63,416 nucleotides of DNA, filler included, from an uncultured Gemmatimonadota bacterium (GCA_964576115.1; 6 parts of 6 records of this genome joined end to end with filler, not necessarily neighbours in it); one strand, 5' to 3'. Positions 39,134-49,602 are shown, counted from the first letter of the whole stretch. Numbers and translations: made by a program. Notes: generated from the letters alone by a model not told the origin.

Positions 39134-39478
39134 ATGAGCCAGCCATCACTGACCCTTTATAAAGGAACCCTCGATATCCTGATTTTGCGCACCGTGAGCC
39201 AGGGGCCGATGCACGGCTATGAGATCAACCGGCGTATCAGCGAGGCCTCACAAAACGAGTTCCAGGTGGAGGAAGGCGTGCTCTACCCCGCCCTGCGCCG
39301 CCTCGAGAACAAAGGTTGGCTGCGGGCGGAGTGGCGGGAAACCGGGACCGGACGGGAAGCCCGTGTCTACGAACTCACCGCCGCAGGTCAGGAGACACTC
39401 GCCGAGCAGATGGGGACGTGGGAGCGCTATGTCCGGGCTATGGCCATGGTACTTCGCCCGAAGGAGGCGTCCTCATGA
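39134..39478 (+). CDS. PadR family regulator (ADOP-associated type)
   Basis: KGTLDILIL.....PMHGYEI, EEG.LYPALRRLE..GW, Y.LT..G; ATGA overlap with the permease. Confidence 0.93.
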   Translation: MSQPSLTLYKGTLDILILRTVSQGPMHGYEINRRISEASQNEFQVEEGVLYPALRRLENKGWLRAEWRETGTGREARVYELTAAGQETLAEQMGTWERYVRAMAMVLRPKEASS

Positions 39479-42180
39479 CACCGCTGGGCCCCAGGCGTAC
39501 CCATCTTTCGGGTCGGCGTCCCGATGTACGGGATCTTTCCGTCGAGGAATCGGTCGACCGCGAGATCGAGGCCCACATCGCCCTGCTGACTGAAGAACTC
39601 ATCGCCGCCGGGTGGTCGCCAGATGAGGCCCGGGCCGAGGCCGAGCAGCGTCTGGGCGATGCCGAAACAATCCGGCGCGACTGCCGGAGTGTGGTTCGGG
39701 CCGGCGACCGGCAGCGGCGCCTGACCGGGCTGGCCATGGATCTACAGCACGATCTGCGCTATGCCGGGCGATCCCTGCGGCGTTCGCCCGGTTTCACCCT
39801 CGCAGCCGTTCTGATCCTCTCCCTGGGGATCGGAGCCAACTCGGCGGTCTTCAGCTTCTTTAACAACCTGCTGCTCGAATTGCCCCCCGTTTCCGAACCC
39901 GAGCGGCTGGTCCGGCTCTTCCCCCGGTGGGAAGACGGAATTCAGTTCGGGAATCTCTCCCCACCCGAGTATCACGAACTGGCAGCGCAGGCGGCGGTCT
40001 TCTCCGAGCTGATCTCGGAAACCCCGATCCCCCTGAGTGTGAGCTTCGGGGGACGGAACGAACGCCTCTGGGGCGCGGTCGTGACCTACAACTACTTCTC
40101 GGGCCTGGGTGTGATTCCGCATCTGGGCCGGGGCTTCTCCGCGCCGGATGATGTCGAAGGCTCGGCCGCGGTGGCGGTTCTCAGTCACGGATTCTGGCGG
40201 GATCGTTTCGGGGCCGATCCCGAGATCCTCGGACGCACCCTGTCGATCAACAGCCGCCCTTTCGAGATCGTGGGCATCGCACCGCCGGAGTACCGAGACG
40301 CCAACGCCGGGTTCGAGCCGGTTCTGTGGGCTCCCTTCGGACAGCGGTACGCTCTGATGCCGGGCAATTCCTACCTCGACGCCCGGGGTCAGCGCTGGAT
40401 GGCCATCGCCATCGCCCGGCTGGCTCCCGGGGTGAGGCTCGAGCAGGCTCAGGCGGCCTGCGACGGAGTGATCGCGCAACTCCGGGAAGAGATGCCCGAG
40501 GTCTATCGCGATCAGCGTTTCGTGCTGCTGTCTCTGGTCGATTCCACCCTGCATCCCGAACTGCGGGGCACCTTTTCGATGGGGCTGGGGATTCTCTGGA
40601 TCGTGGTCGGGCTCACCCTGTTGCTGGCCTGTGCCAATGTGGCGGGGTTGCTGCTGGCCCGGGCCGCCGCCCGGCAGCGGGAGATCGACATCCGCTTCGC
40701 CCTGGGCGCCGATCGCGGCCGGATCGTCCGGCAGCTCCTGACCGAGAGCCTGGTTCTGGCCCTGCTGGCTGGAGCCCTCGGCCTGCTCGGAGCCGGGATG
40801 CTCTGCCGGATACTGCGCTGGATCCCGGTCCCGGCCGATCTGCCGATCACCTTCCGCGGCCCCCTGGACAGCACGGTGGTCCTGTTCACTCTGGGCATCT
40901 CTTTTCTGACCGGTCTCATTTTCAGTCTGACGCCGACCCTGCACACCGCCCGCAGGAATCTCATGACGAACCTGACCAATGGATTCCCGGTCGGCCGCAG
41001 GGGCCGCCTGGGGGTGCGCCGGGTTCTGGTAGCCGGCCAGGTTGCGCTGGCGGTTGTCCTGCTCATCGGAGCCGGTCTGGTGGTGCACAGTCTCTACAAC
41101 CTGCGGCAGGTCGATCCCGGTTTCGAGGCTCGGAACCAGCTGGTGGCCGCGGTCGATCTGGATCTGCAGGGGTATGAACGGGATGAGGGGCGAGTGTTTT
41201 TGAACACCCTGCGCGAGCGGCTGCTGGCCCGGCCGGGAATCGAGGCCGTGGGGTACGGTCAGGTACTGCCGCTCTACGGATTGGGCGGCCACCGGACCGG
41301 TTTCAGACCCGAGGCGATCGATCTGCCCCCCGACTTCCGCAATCCGGCGGTCGAGTTCAACCTCGTCGACTCCGGCTATTTCAGTGCCTTTGGCATCCCC
41401 ATCGTACGCGGCCGCGGTTTCGAGCAGTTCGAAGACGAACAGCCTCTGCGCCGGGTGATCATCAACCAGAGTCTGGCCCGTCTTTTCTGGCCCGGCGCCG
41501 ATCCGATCGGAGAGAGTGCCTGGATCGGGATCGGCGGTTCGGGTTTCGAAGTCATCGGTGTGGCCCGTGACGTTGCCTACGCCCGTCCCGGTGAGTCCGC
41601 CCGTCCCGGTATGTACCTGCCGCGGGGGCTCCATTACATCGGCGAGGTGAGCCTCCACGTCCGAACGGCCTCGGATCCCGCGGCGTACCTGAGTACGGTA
41701 CAGAACGAGATCGGGGACCTCGATCCGACCCTGCCCGTGTACAACCTCAGGGTAATGACCGAGCAGGTGCGGCAGGCGCTGCTGCCGGCCCGACTGGCGG
41801 CGATCGCTCTGTCCGCTTTCGCCCTGCTCGCCCTGCTGCTGGCGACGATCGGAATCTACGGAGTGATCGCCTACTGGGTCCGCCAGCAGACCCGGGAGAT
41901 CGGCGTGCGCCTGGCCATCGGGGCCACCGCTACCGAAGTACTGCGGTTCGTGCTCAAACGGGGTCTGGTCACGATCGGCATCGGACTCGGGATCGGCCTG
42001 ATCCTGGGCCTGCTGATGACCCAGGCGATGCGGAGTCTGTTATACGGCGTCGGAGCGGTCGACCTGCCGGCCCTGGCCGCGGCCCTGCTGGTGCTCCTCA
42101 CGGCCGCCCTGCTGGCCTGCTACCTGCCGGCCCGGCGGGCCGCCCGTTTAAACCCGGTGGCAGCCCTGCGGGTGGAGTGA
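39475..42180 (+). CDS. ADOP-type duplicated ABC permease (permease-prefix domain, 2x MacB_PCD/FtsX)
   Basis: DREIEAHI prefix, DLRYA.RSLRRSPGF, LLLACANVAGLLLARA..R.RE..IR.ALGA, PARRAARLNPV.ALRVE. Confidence 0.93.
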   Translation: MTPLGPRRTHLSGRRPDVRDLSVEESVDREIEAHIALLTEELIAAGWSPDEARAEAEQRLGDAETIRRDCRSVVRAGDRQRRLTGLAMDLQHDLRYAGRSLRRSPGFTLAAVLILSLGIGANSAVFSFFNNLLLELPPVSEPERLVRLFPRWEDGIQFGNLSPPEYHELAAQAAVFSELISETPIPLSVSFGGRNERLWGAVVTYNYFSGLGVIPHLGRGFSAPDDVEGSAAVAVLSHGFWRDRFGADPEILGRTLSINSRPFEIVGIAPPEYRDANAGFEPVLWAPFGQRYALMPGNSYLDARGQRWMAIAIARLAPGVRLEQAQAACDGVIAQLREEMPEVYRDQRFVLLSLVDSTLHPELRGTFSMGLGILWIVVGLTLLLACANVAGLLLARAAARQREIDIRFALGADRGRIVRQLLTESLVLALLAGALGLLGAGMLCRILRWIPVPADLPITFRGPLDSTVVLFTLGISFLTGLIFSLTPTLHTARRNLMTNLTNGFPVGRRGRLGVRRVLVAGQVALAVVLLIGAGLVVHSLYNLRQVDPGFEARNQLVAAVDLDLQGYERDEGRVFLNTLRERLLARPGIEAVGYGQVLPLYGLGGHRTGFRPEAIDLPPDFRNPAVEFNLVDSGYFSAFGIPIVRGRGFEQFEDEQPLRRVIINQSLARLFWPGADPIGESAWIGIGGSGFEVIGVARDVAYARPGESARPGMYLPRGLHYIGEVSLHVRTASDPAAYLSTVQNEIGDLDPTLPVYNLRVMTEQVRQALLPARLAAIALSAFALLALLLATIGIYGVIAYWVRQQTREIGVRLAIGATATEVLRFVLKRGLVTIGIGLGIGLILGLLMTQAMRSLLYGVGAVDLPALAAALLVLLTAALLACYLPARRAARLNPVAALRVE

Positions 42181-42321
42181 CGGATCGGCGATTCCGGCTG
42201 CCGATGGTTGGACAGAACGGGAGGCCCGGTCATCAGGGACCGGTCGTCACAATCCGATCCCGGCGGTGGGGATAAACTGGACAGATGATCGAGTGTGCAA
42301 CCTTTTGAATCCCTTCTCCGT

Positions 42322-42355
42322 ATACTTCGTCAGACGATGCTTCGTCACGCGAATC
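42322..42355. promoter_or_regulatory. Putative PadR operator: 15-bp tandem repeat
   Basis: ATACTTCGTCAGACG / ATGCTTCGTCACGCG, each with dyad symmetry, directly upstream of the padR RBS. Confidence 0.6.
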
Positions 42356-42371
42356 AATAGCGGAGGACCCG

Positions 42372-42704
42372 ATGTTCAGTCCCGAACTGAAGAAGGGGAG
42401 CCTGGAACTGCTGATCCTCTCCCTGCTCGAAGACCGGGATCGCCACGGCTATGAGATCGGCAAGCTGATCGAACTGCGCTCCGACGGGCAGATCCAGTTC
42501 CGGGTATCCAGTCTGTACTCGATCCTCTACCGGATGGAACACAGGGGCTGGATCACCGGACGGTGGATCGAAAAGGAGGGCCAGCGACGCCGTTGTTACT
42601 ATCGCCTGACACCATCCGGACGGAAGATCCTCGCCCGGCAGCGGGAAGACTGGCAGGCCTTCGCTGCCATCGTCAACCAGATCGTAGGACTGGACCATGC
42701 CTGA
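42372..42704 (+). CDS. PadR family regulator
   Basis: ELKKGSLELLILSLL....HGYEI.K.I, SLY..LYRME.RGWI, YYRLT..G. Confidence 0.93.
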   Translation: MFSPELKKGSLELLILSLLEDRDRHGYEIGKLIELRSDGQIQFRVSSLYSILYRMEHRGWITGRWIEKEGQRRRCYYRLTPSGRKILARQREDWQAFAAIVNQIVGLDHA

Positions 42705-45411
42705 CTGGGTCCGGTACCTGCACGCCCATCTCGACCTGCCGGAGATGAAGCACCTGCGCGAGGAGAGGATCATCCGGGAACTGGCCGATCATCTCGAAGA
42801 CCTCTTCCGCGAAGCACGGGAGCAGGGGTTATCCGAGGTTGAGGCGGAGCAGATGCTCCGGGAGCGGATCGGCGACTGGCGGGAGGCGGCCGCCGAGATC
42901 GCGGAAGCCGAACAGCCCAGTCTGCGGTCCGATCTCGGCCGGTGGTACGAAGATCGCGAGCAGGCCGCCCGGGACCGAGGCGGTTTCTGGGCTCTCTTCG
43001 CCGATCTGGGTCAGGATATCCGCTTCGCCCTGCGCACCGTCCGGAAATCTCCCGTCTTCAGCGCCGTCGCGATTCTGACCCTGGCGGTCGGCATCGGCGC
43101 CAATGCGACCATCTTCACCTTTCTCTACGGCAGCCTGGCCAATCCCCTGGGATTCGAGGACGTGGACCGGCTGATCCACGTCTCGGAATACCGGGCCGAA
43201 CAGGGCCGCGACATGGCGGTCGCCTACCCCAACTTCGCCGACTGGCGAAAACACACCCGCAGTTTCGAGAATCTGGCGGCCTTCCGAAGCGGCACCTTCA
43301 CCCTCCTGACGGGAGGGGAACCGGAACGCATCTCCGGAGCCGAAGTCTCGTGGTCCCTGACTTCCCTGCTCAGAGTCCCGCCCGAACACGGCCGCTCCTT
43401 CCTGCCCGCAGAGGAGGGACCGGGGGCGCCCGGGGTGGTTCTGATGGGGTGGAAACTCTGGCAGAGGCGCTTCGGCGCTGATCCCGGCCTGGTCGGTCGC
43501 CCGCTGACGATCGACGGAGAACCGGTCACGGTGGTCGGGATCATGCCGGAGGAATTCGCCTTCCCCGATTACGCCGACCTCTGGATGCCGCTGCGCCGCG
43601 ATCCCGACGGGAACCGTGGCGCCCACAATCTGGCCGTGGTGGGACGGCTCGCCCCCGGGGTCACCCTCGACCAGGCCGAGACCGACCTGCAGAGCATCGC
43701 CGCCGATCTGGCCCGGCAGTACCCTCTCACCAACGCCGATGCAAACGTCCGTCTGAACCGTCTCGAAGACGAGTACATGGGCATGAGCCGGCAGTACATT
43801 CTCATCTTCTACGTCGTCGTCTCGCTCGTTCTGCTCCTGGCCTGCGCCAATCTGGCCAACCTGCTGCTGGCCCGGGCTGCCGACCGGAAGCGCGAGGTGG
43901 CCGTCCGCTGCAGTCTGGGGGCGGGCCGAACGCGGATCGCCCGCATGCTCCTGACCGAGAGCGTGCTGCTCGCTCTGGCCGGGGGAGCGGTCGGAATCGT
44001 CCTCGGCGAAATCGGCCGTCGCCTGATCCTGACCGGCATCCCCGTCGAGATCCCGTACAATGTCCGGTTCGACTTGAACCTGCCGGCCGCTCTCTGCCTG
44101 ACGGCGATCGCGGCCGGGTGCGGCCTCCTCGTCGGTCTGGCGCCGGTGGCGGGTTCGTGGAAATTGAACCTGACCCGGGCCCTGCACGCGGGCGGAGGTC
44201 GAATCTCCGGAGGACGAAACCACGGCCGGCTCCGCTCGACTCTGGTCGCTTTCGAAGTCGGTCTGGCCCTGGTGATCCTGATCGGGGCCGGACTGATGAT
44301 GAAGAGCATCGTCAAACTGCACTCCGTCGAACCCGGCTTCGATCCCGCCGGTGTGCTCACCATGCGCCTCTCTCTCCCCGAATCGGAATACGCCAGCGCC
44401 GGGGAGCGCGTGCGTTTCCACCGGGAACTGCAGGAACGGATCCGCGCTCTGCCCGGTATGGTGTCCGCCTCGGCCTCCTACAACCTGCCGATGGGCAGGC
44501 GGAACTGGGGCAGCAGCTACTACGTGGAAGGAACCGAGCCGCTGCCCGCGGGGCAGAGACCGAACGCCAATCACCGGATCGTTCTGACGGATTACTTCCG
44601 GACTCTGCGGATCCCGATTCTGCGCGGCCGGGACTTCTCCCCCACCGACACCGACCGGGACGCCCCTCCGGTTGTCATCGTCAACCGGCAATTCGCCGAA
44701 CGGTGGTGGCCGGGCGAGAACCCGCTGGGCCGGCGGATCCGCTACTACACCGACCCGACCGAGAACGATCCGTGGATGGAAGTCGTGGGGGTCGTCGAGG
44801 GGGTGCATCACTACGGACTGCGCTACGGCATCTACGAAGGCATCTACCGGCCCTACGCCCAGTATCCGGTCACCGAACTCAGTCTGGTGATCAGGACCGG
44901 GGGCGATCCGCTCGAGTTCGTCGATCCCGTGCGCCGGGAGATCCGGGCCATGGACAGCACCCTGCCCCCCTTCGACATCCACACCATGGAGCAGGTCATG
45001 CGCGAGGGGAACTGGCTGGAACCCCTCTATGCCTGGCTGTTCAACGCCTTCTCCGTCATCGGCCTGCTTCTCGCGGCCATGGGTATCTACGGTCTCGTGG
45101 TCTATTCAGTGGTCCAGCGGACCCGGGAATTCGGGATACGCATGGCCCTGGGCGCCGCCCCGGAGCGAGTGGTCCGCCAGGTCGTCCGCCAGGGGGCCGG
45201 GCTGGCCGCGATCGGACTGGCCGGAGGGCTCCTGGCGGCTTTCGGATTCATGCGCTTCTTGTCGAGTCTGCTGTACGAGGTCAGTCCGAACGATCCCCTC
45301 ATCTATCTGCTGACATCCGCGACCATGCTGGGGGTAGTCGTTCTGGCCAGCTACCTGCCCGCCCGAAAGGCCACCGCGATCCATCCCGTGGACGCGCTGC
45401 GCTCGGAGTGA
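42697..45411 (+). CDS. ADOP-type duplicated ABC permease
   Basis: ELADHLED prefix, QDIRFALR, LLLACANLANLLLARA..R.REVAVR.SLGA, PARKA..I.PV.ALRSE. Confidence 0.93.
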   Translation: MPDWVRYLHAHLDLPEMKHLREERIIRELADHLEDLFREAREQGLSEVEAEQMLRERIGDWREAAAEIAEAEQPSLRSDLGRWYEDREQAARDRGGFWALFADLGQDIRFALRTVRKSPVFSAVAILTLAVGIGANATIFTFLYGSLANPLGFEDVDRLIHVSEYRAEQGRDMAVAYPNFADWRKHTRSFENLAAFRSGTFTLLTGGEPERISGAEVSWSLTSLLRVPPEHGRSFLPAEEGPGAPGVVLMGWKLWQRRFGADPGLVGRPLTIDGEPVTVVGIMPEEFAFPDYADLWMPLRRDPDGNRGAHNLAVVGRLAPGVTLDQAETDLQSIAADLARQYPLTNADANVRLNRLEDEYMGMSRQYILIFYVVVSLVLLLACANLANLLLARAADRKREVAVRCSLGAGRTRIARMLLTESVLLALAGGAVGIVLGEIGRRLILTGIPVEIPYNVRFDLNLPAALCLTAIAAGCGLLVGLAPVAGSWKLNLTRALHAGGGRISGGRNHGRLRSTLVAFEVGLALVILIGAGLMMKSIVKLHSVEPGFDPAGVLTMRLSLPESEYASAGERVRFHRELQERIRALPGMVSASASYNLPMGRRNWGSSYYVEGTEPLPAGQRPNANHRIVLTDYFRTLRIPILRGRDFSPTDTDRDAPPVVIVNRQFAERWWPGENPLGRRIRYYTDPTENDPWMEVVGVVEGVHHYGLRYGIYEGIYRPYAQYPVTELSLVIRTGGDPLEFVDPVRREIRAMDSTLPPFDIHTMEQVMREGNWLEPLYAWLFNAFSVIGLLLAAMGIYGLVVYSVVQRTREFGIRMALGAAPERVVRQVVRQGAGLAAIGLAGGLLAAFGFMRFLSSLLYEVSPNDPLIYLLTSATMLGVVVLASYLPARKATAIHPVDALRSE

Positions 45412-45492
45412 CGGACACCCGTCACCGCTCATAAGGCGAGATGATCATTCAGGCATCTCGTCGGGCGAAGCCCGGTAGAGCCCGACCGTCGA

Positions 45493-45592
45493 NNNNNNNN
45501 NNNNNNNNNNNNNNNNNNNNNNNNNNNNNNNNNNNNTTAATTAATTAANNNNNNNNNNNNNNNNNNNNNNNNNNNNNNNNNNNNNNNNNNNN
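45493..45592. other. Artificial contig linker
   Basis: N-run, TTAATTAATTAA, N-run. Confidence 0.98.
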
Positions 45593-45925
45593 AGAGGTCC
45601 GATCCGATCGCATCAAGACCTCGAGACACGAGCCCGCACGTATGCCTCAGCGGTGGCGGATCGCCTGGTGAACGATCCCTCACTCATCTGGCGGGCTCTG
45701 GCCTGGATCGAACGCCAACTGGACGCTTCAGGTGTCTCTGCCGATTCGGACCTGCAGGAATGGAAGAGCATTCTGGAGCAGCTTTCCGTGCCGCAGATTC
45801 AGTCTTTCCTCACCGAAGACTCCGAGCGTGCCAGGCGCCTGCGGCAATCGAATCCCCTGCTCGAGATCCTGACAGCCGAAGAGCGCCAGACGATCATCCG
45901 GGAAATACCCGATGACCAGAGATGA
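45593..45925 (+). CDS. Hypothetical partner (antitoxin-like) of the downstream nucleotidyltransferase, probably 5' truncated
   Basis: EW..IL.......FL.EDSERA.RLRQS.P....LT.EER motif; overlaps the next start by 14 bp. Confidence 0.6.
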   Translation, partial: RGPIRSHQDLETRARTYASAVADRLVNDPSLIWRALAWIERQLDASGVSADSDLQEWKSILEQLSVPQIQSFLTEDSERARRLRQSNPLLEILTAEERQTIIREIPDDQR

Positions 45926-46448
45926 ACTCGAGCATGCCATCAGAGCTGCCTGTGATGTTTCACAGGACAGCGAGGTCTGGATCTTCGGCTCTCAGGCGAT
46001 CCTGGGCGAATATCCTGATGCGCCTGCTTCACTGCGGCAATCGATCGAAGTGGATATCGCCCCGAAGAATCATCCCGATCGTGTCGACCTGATCGATGGT
46101 GCTCTGGGGGAACTGTCGCCCTTCCACGCCGCCTATGGCTATTATGTTCACGGTGTTTCGATCAAAAGCGCCGTTCTACCCGATGGCTGGGAAGAACGAA
46201 CGATACCGGTCTATGGCCGGGGGGGTGAGAAGGCCGTCGGACTGTGCCTGGAACGGCATGATCTGGCAGCCTCGAAACTGGCCGCCTCACGCGAACAGGA
46301 TCTTCGCTTCGTACGCACGATGATCGCTGATGATATGCTCACTGTGAAGGTACTACACCAGCGGATCCGGTCGCTCCCGGTAAAGCCGGAGATCCGCGAG
46401 CGTCTCAGCCGCTGGGTCGAGGCGGTCGGGAATACTCCGGCGGAATGA
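45912..46448 (+). CDS. DUF6036-like nucleotidyltransferase
   Basis: M.R..LEH.IRAA, IFGSQAILG (GS motif), S.EVDI (ExD), LP.GW.ER, DLAASKL.A.R..D. Confidence 0.8.
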   Translation: MTRDELEHAIRAACDVSQDSEVWIFGSQAILGEYPDAPASLRQSIEVDIAPKNHPDRVDLIDGALGELSPFHAAYGYYVHGVSIKSAVLPDGWEERTIPVYGRGGEKAVGLCLERHDLAASKLAASREQDLRFVRTMIADDMLTVKVLHQRIRSLPVKPEIRERLSRWVEAVGNTPAE

Positions 46449-46540
46449 CCGGCATCACGAACCCGCACTCATTCGAGTCGCCGATCCGGCCGCCGCCCGA
46501 ACCGAGGGACGACCGGATCGGGCGGCACCCCGGACGACGG

Positions 46541-46924
46541 TCAGTCGCCGGCCCGGACGAGAGCCCGGCAACGATTGAAGAGCACGAACCAGACCAGGCC
46601 GGCGCTCATCATGAGCAGCAAGCCGAAAAGGGTCGTACGGAAGGAAACAGCTATCCCCTCGGCGATGATCGGGGGAGAGATCTCCGGGGCGTTGACGATG
46701 AAGATCAGGGCCCGGTAGATCCCGGCCAGTTGACCGTACACTCCCAGAACGCCGGCGAAGACCCCCCAGAAGAGGATGGCATGTACGCTTCCCGTCCGCG
46801 CAGCGATCGCTTCAGCTCCCTCTCTGAGCCCGAGCACGGCCCGGACGGCGAGCACGACGATGACGACGAGCAGGACGATGAGCAGCCACATGACGGGGCC
46901 ACCGGAATTGATGTACGTCAGCAT
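46541..46924 (-). CDS. Short MotA/TolQ/ExbB-like three-TM protein
   Basis: GGPVMW.L, G.LG..GQL.GI..AL, I.P..IAEGI.VS..TTLFGL. Confidence 0.75.
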   Translation of the reverse strand: MLTYINSGGPVMWLLIVLLVVIVVLAVRAVLGLREGAEAIAARTGSVHAILFWGVFAGVLGVYGQLAGIYRALIFIVNAPEISPPIIAEGIAVSFRTTLFGLLLMMSAGLVWFVLFNRCRALVRAGD

Positions 46925-46963
46925 GATGAACTCCTGTTCAGAGAGCAGGGGACAGACCGTTTC

Positions 46964-47704
46964 TCAGGTCGAGAGAAGGGTCTGGACCTCCATCTGCTCG
47001 ATTCTCTCCACAGCGTGGGTCAGCATGAGCCAGAAGAGGGCTGCGGCCATGGCCGTCAGCAGGCCGAGCAACATGACCGGGGCACCGGTCAGCAGCCAGC
47101 GCACGACGTACAGCCACAGCCCCTCCACATCGAGCACCAGTTTCTCCATGACCTGATGCAGGCCGACGGTGAAACCGAAGCCCGCCGCCAGCAGGCTCGC
47201 CCCCGAACCGAGCAGGAGAAGCGAAAGACCGTAACGCAACCGGCGGCTCCGGTGGTCCTTCTTCACGTACAGCTGGTAGAGCTTCACGAGCACGATCATC
47301 CCGGTCGCGGCGGCGATCGCCAGAATCGGCCAGACGAAGTCACTGGCCTGCCGGATCATCTCGGCCCGGGCCAGCAGCGGGAGTCCAACCCCGAACATGC
47401 TCACCAGCAGGATCGCCAGCAGAACCCGTTCGAAGCGGGTGCGGGCCTGAGCCGAGAGAGAATCGGTGAAACGGCGATAGGCCGGCTGATGGATCGCGAC
47501 CAGTTCGGCTATCGCTTCTTCTGAAACCGTGAATTTCTCTTCGACCCGGCTGAGAGCTTCCGCCTCATCGAGTCCTCTGCCCCGATAGACCTCGAAGAGG
47601 TCTTCGACATCGGCGGCGATCTCCAGCATGATCCTGCCCCGTGCCGGCTGGGGCAGATCGAGCCGCGAATCGATCTTCCTCAACACCTCGGCGAACCGGT
47701 TCAT
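46964..47704 (-). CDS. Membrane protein with N-terminal HAAS/permease-prefix-like domain
   Basis: L.LP...R.RIMLEI.AD.EDL...Y..RGL.E.EA..R..EKF, followed by about 4 TM helices; overlaps the padR stop. Confidence 0.7.
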   Translation of the reverse strand: MNRFAEVLRKIDSRLDLPQPARGRIMLEIAADVEDLFEVYRGRGLDEAEALSRVEEKFTVSEEAIAELVAIHQPAYRRFTDSLSAQARTRFERVLLAILLVSMFGVGLPLLARAEMIRQASDFVWPILAIAAATGMIVLVKLYQLYVKKDHRSRRLRYGLSLLLLGSGASLLAAGFGFTVGLHQVMEKLVLDVEGLWLYVVRWLLTGAPVMLLGLLTAMAAALFWLMLTHAVERIEQMEVQTLLST

Positions 47705-48048
47705 GAGCGTAACCCCCGTGTCATCGCGGTGAATCGTTCGGCGAATTCATCCCAGGACTCGAGCTGCCCCCGGGCATACTCACGGCCGCGGGCCGTCAGG
47801 GTATAGTACTTGCGCTTTCGCTTCGCCCCCTCCTTGACCCATTTCCCCTTGATGAAACCGGCCTTCTCGAGCCGGTGCAGGATCGGGTAGAGAGTGCCGT
47901 ACTGGAACCGGAAGAGACCGCCGCTCTGCTCCTCGAGCTCGAGGGCGATCTCATACCCATGCATCTTCCGGTCGGCCAGACTGCCCAGGATGAGCAATTC
48001 ATTGGCCACCCGGGGCAGGTTCTGGGTCTCGAGATTGTCGCGCTCCAT
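47701..48048 (-). CDS. PadR family regulator
   Basis: LLIL..L....MHGYEI..ELE..SGG, GTLYP.LHRLEK.G, RKYY.LT..G. Confidence 0.93.
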   Translation of the reverse strand: MERDNLETQNLPRVANELLILGSLADRKMHGYEIALELEEQSGGLFRFQYGTLYPILHRLEKAGFIKGKWVKEGAKRKRKYYTLTARGREYARGQLESWDEFAERFTAMTRGLRS

Positions 48049-48075
48049 AGACTCCCCCATCCTGATCAGATCAGG

Positions 48076-49602
48076 TTATCGGGATCGCACCAGGTCGAGT
48101 TCGCCGATACCCTGCTCCTGCTGCAGACCGACAGTGGAGATCGTCAGCAGGGGACTCACCGGACGCTCCGCCTCATGCCCGGTGGCCAGGTCCACGACTC
48201 GCTCGCCCCAGGCTACCAGAGCGGTTTCCGGGCAGATCAGGAGTTCGGGCTCATAGCCGTTGAGCGCCATCAGGGCACACGCCAGAACCCCCTGATCCTT
48301 CCACCCGCCGCAGTCGAAAACCAGCACCTCATCGGTGGTCATGATACGGTCTGCAGCATCAGAGAAAATCGAACCGTAGGAGATATTCTCCCTGATCCAG
48401 GCGATGATCTCATCGGGTTCGTGAATGCGACCGGCCAGGTCCCGGGTGTGGGACTCGAGCATGGACGCCTGCACATACATCTCGGGCCGGGCGACATAGA
48501 GACTCTGATAGGCGTACCGGGTCAGCCAGGCCCCATCGAGGTCACCGGGTCCGGCAAAGATCTGTTCCCGGAAGCGGGCGGGATCGGCCAGCAGGGCGGG
48601 CGGATCGGCGAGGGCTTCGGGTACGGCCTCCTCCTGAGAGTACCGCTGCACGAATGCGGGCATCAGGTATCCGTCGGATTCGAAGAGTTCCCGCCCGAGT
48701 CCTTCGGCGGGAATCACAAATTCGATCCCGGTAAAGAAAGCCTGGTTGTAGAGCGCCTCGACCGTGAGAGGCACCGGATTGGTATCGGGCGCCAGGCCCA
48801 TGTAGAGCGGCGCCATGCGGTGGTTGTTGGTCATGATCGGCACTCCGTCCCAGACGAGCAGGGCGGCACCATGCCGCATCTGATCCTGCCGGGAGATGAC
48901 CATGACGATATCGCGGGGATCGATCCCGAGGTGGATGAAGGTGGCGGTCAGCAGGTTCGCCAGGGTCATGCACTTGCCCGAAATGCGTCCGGTCAGTCCC
49001 CGCATGGCCTCCATTTCGGAGGGCAGGAGCTTGCGGTAGGTCAGTCCGCCATCCGTCGCGAAGCCCCAGGGATCGGAACCCGGAAAATTCTGGAACATGG
49101 TCTGGGCCTGGGTATGACAGAGATTCCTGGAATTCCAGGTATCGATCTGGATGATCTTCTCGGCCGTTGTGGACGCCCCGGCACTGACTTCCTCCCATGT
49201 CCGAGCCAGTTTGAAGGTCACCGGGTCGATCAGGCAGGCCTGGTGGTACGCGGTCGCCGCGAGCGGATCGTCGGGGTAGAGATCGGAGTGCCACCGGTTT
49301 ACAGCCGTCATGATCGTGGCGGTTTCCGGGGTGATCTCCTGACCGATGGTTTCGAGGTATCGCGGTACAAGCACGGTTTCGGGGTCGTCCTGGGCTCCGG
49401 CCGGCACCGGGCTGACAATGAGTGCCGCAACCGCGCACACGATGAGAATCCGCAACCGGTATCCATCCCGATGCGGATCGCTGTCATTCCGCTGGTGAGT
49501 AGCTCTTCTTTCCTGCTGCATGACGGACCTCTCTTCCCTGTCTGTTGTCGGGCGATGCGCATCACCACAGAATGCCGGCTGGTGTCTCTCACATGGGTTC
49601 AA
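48076..49602 (-). CDS. Secreted transglutaminase-like protein (start uncertain)
   Basis: Signal-like RILIVCAVAALIVSPVPAGA; GKCMTLANLL...LGI, RHG, TNN resemble a Cys-His-Asn/Asp triad; second degenerate repeat (IIAWIRENI.Y...GGWKDQG.L). Confidence 0.6.
   Translation of the reverse strand: MNPCERHQPAFCGDAHRPTTDREERSVMQQERRATHQRNDSDPHRDGYRLRILIVCAVAALIVSPVPAGAQDDPETVLVPRYLETIGQEITPETATIMTAVNRWHSDLYPDDPLAATAYHQACLIDPVTFKLARTWEEVSAGASTTAEKIIQIDTWNSRNLCHTQAQTMFQNFPGSDPWGFATDGGLTYRKLLPSEMEAMRGLTGRISGKCMTLANLLTATFIHLGIDPRDIVMVISRQDQMRHGAALLVWDGVPIMTNNHRMAPLYMGLAPDTNPVPLTVEALYNQAFFTGIEFVIPAEGLGRELFESDGYLMPAFVQRYSQEEAVPEALADPPALLADPARFREQIFAGPGDLDGAWLTRYAYQSLYVARPEMYVQASMLESHTRDLAGRIHEPDEIIAWIRENISYGSIFSDAADRIMTTDEVLVFDCGGWKDQGVLACALMALNGYEPELLICPETALVAWGERVVDLATGHEAERPVSPLLTISTVGLQQEQGIGELDLVRSR

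Noticed and set aside
45437-45487. Two adjacent hairpins after the ADOP permease (CGAGATG/CATCTCG; GTCGGGC/GCCCGAC)
   Set aside because: Could be REP-like or a terminator, but there is no U-tract, no second copy in the window, and it lies at the contig end.
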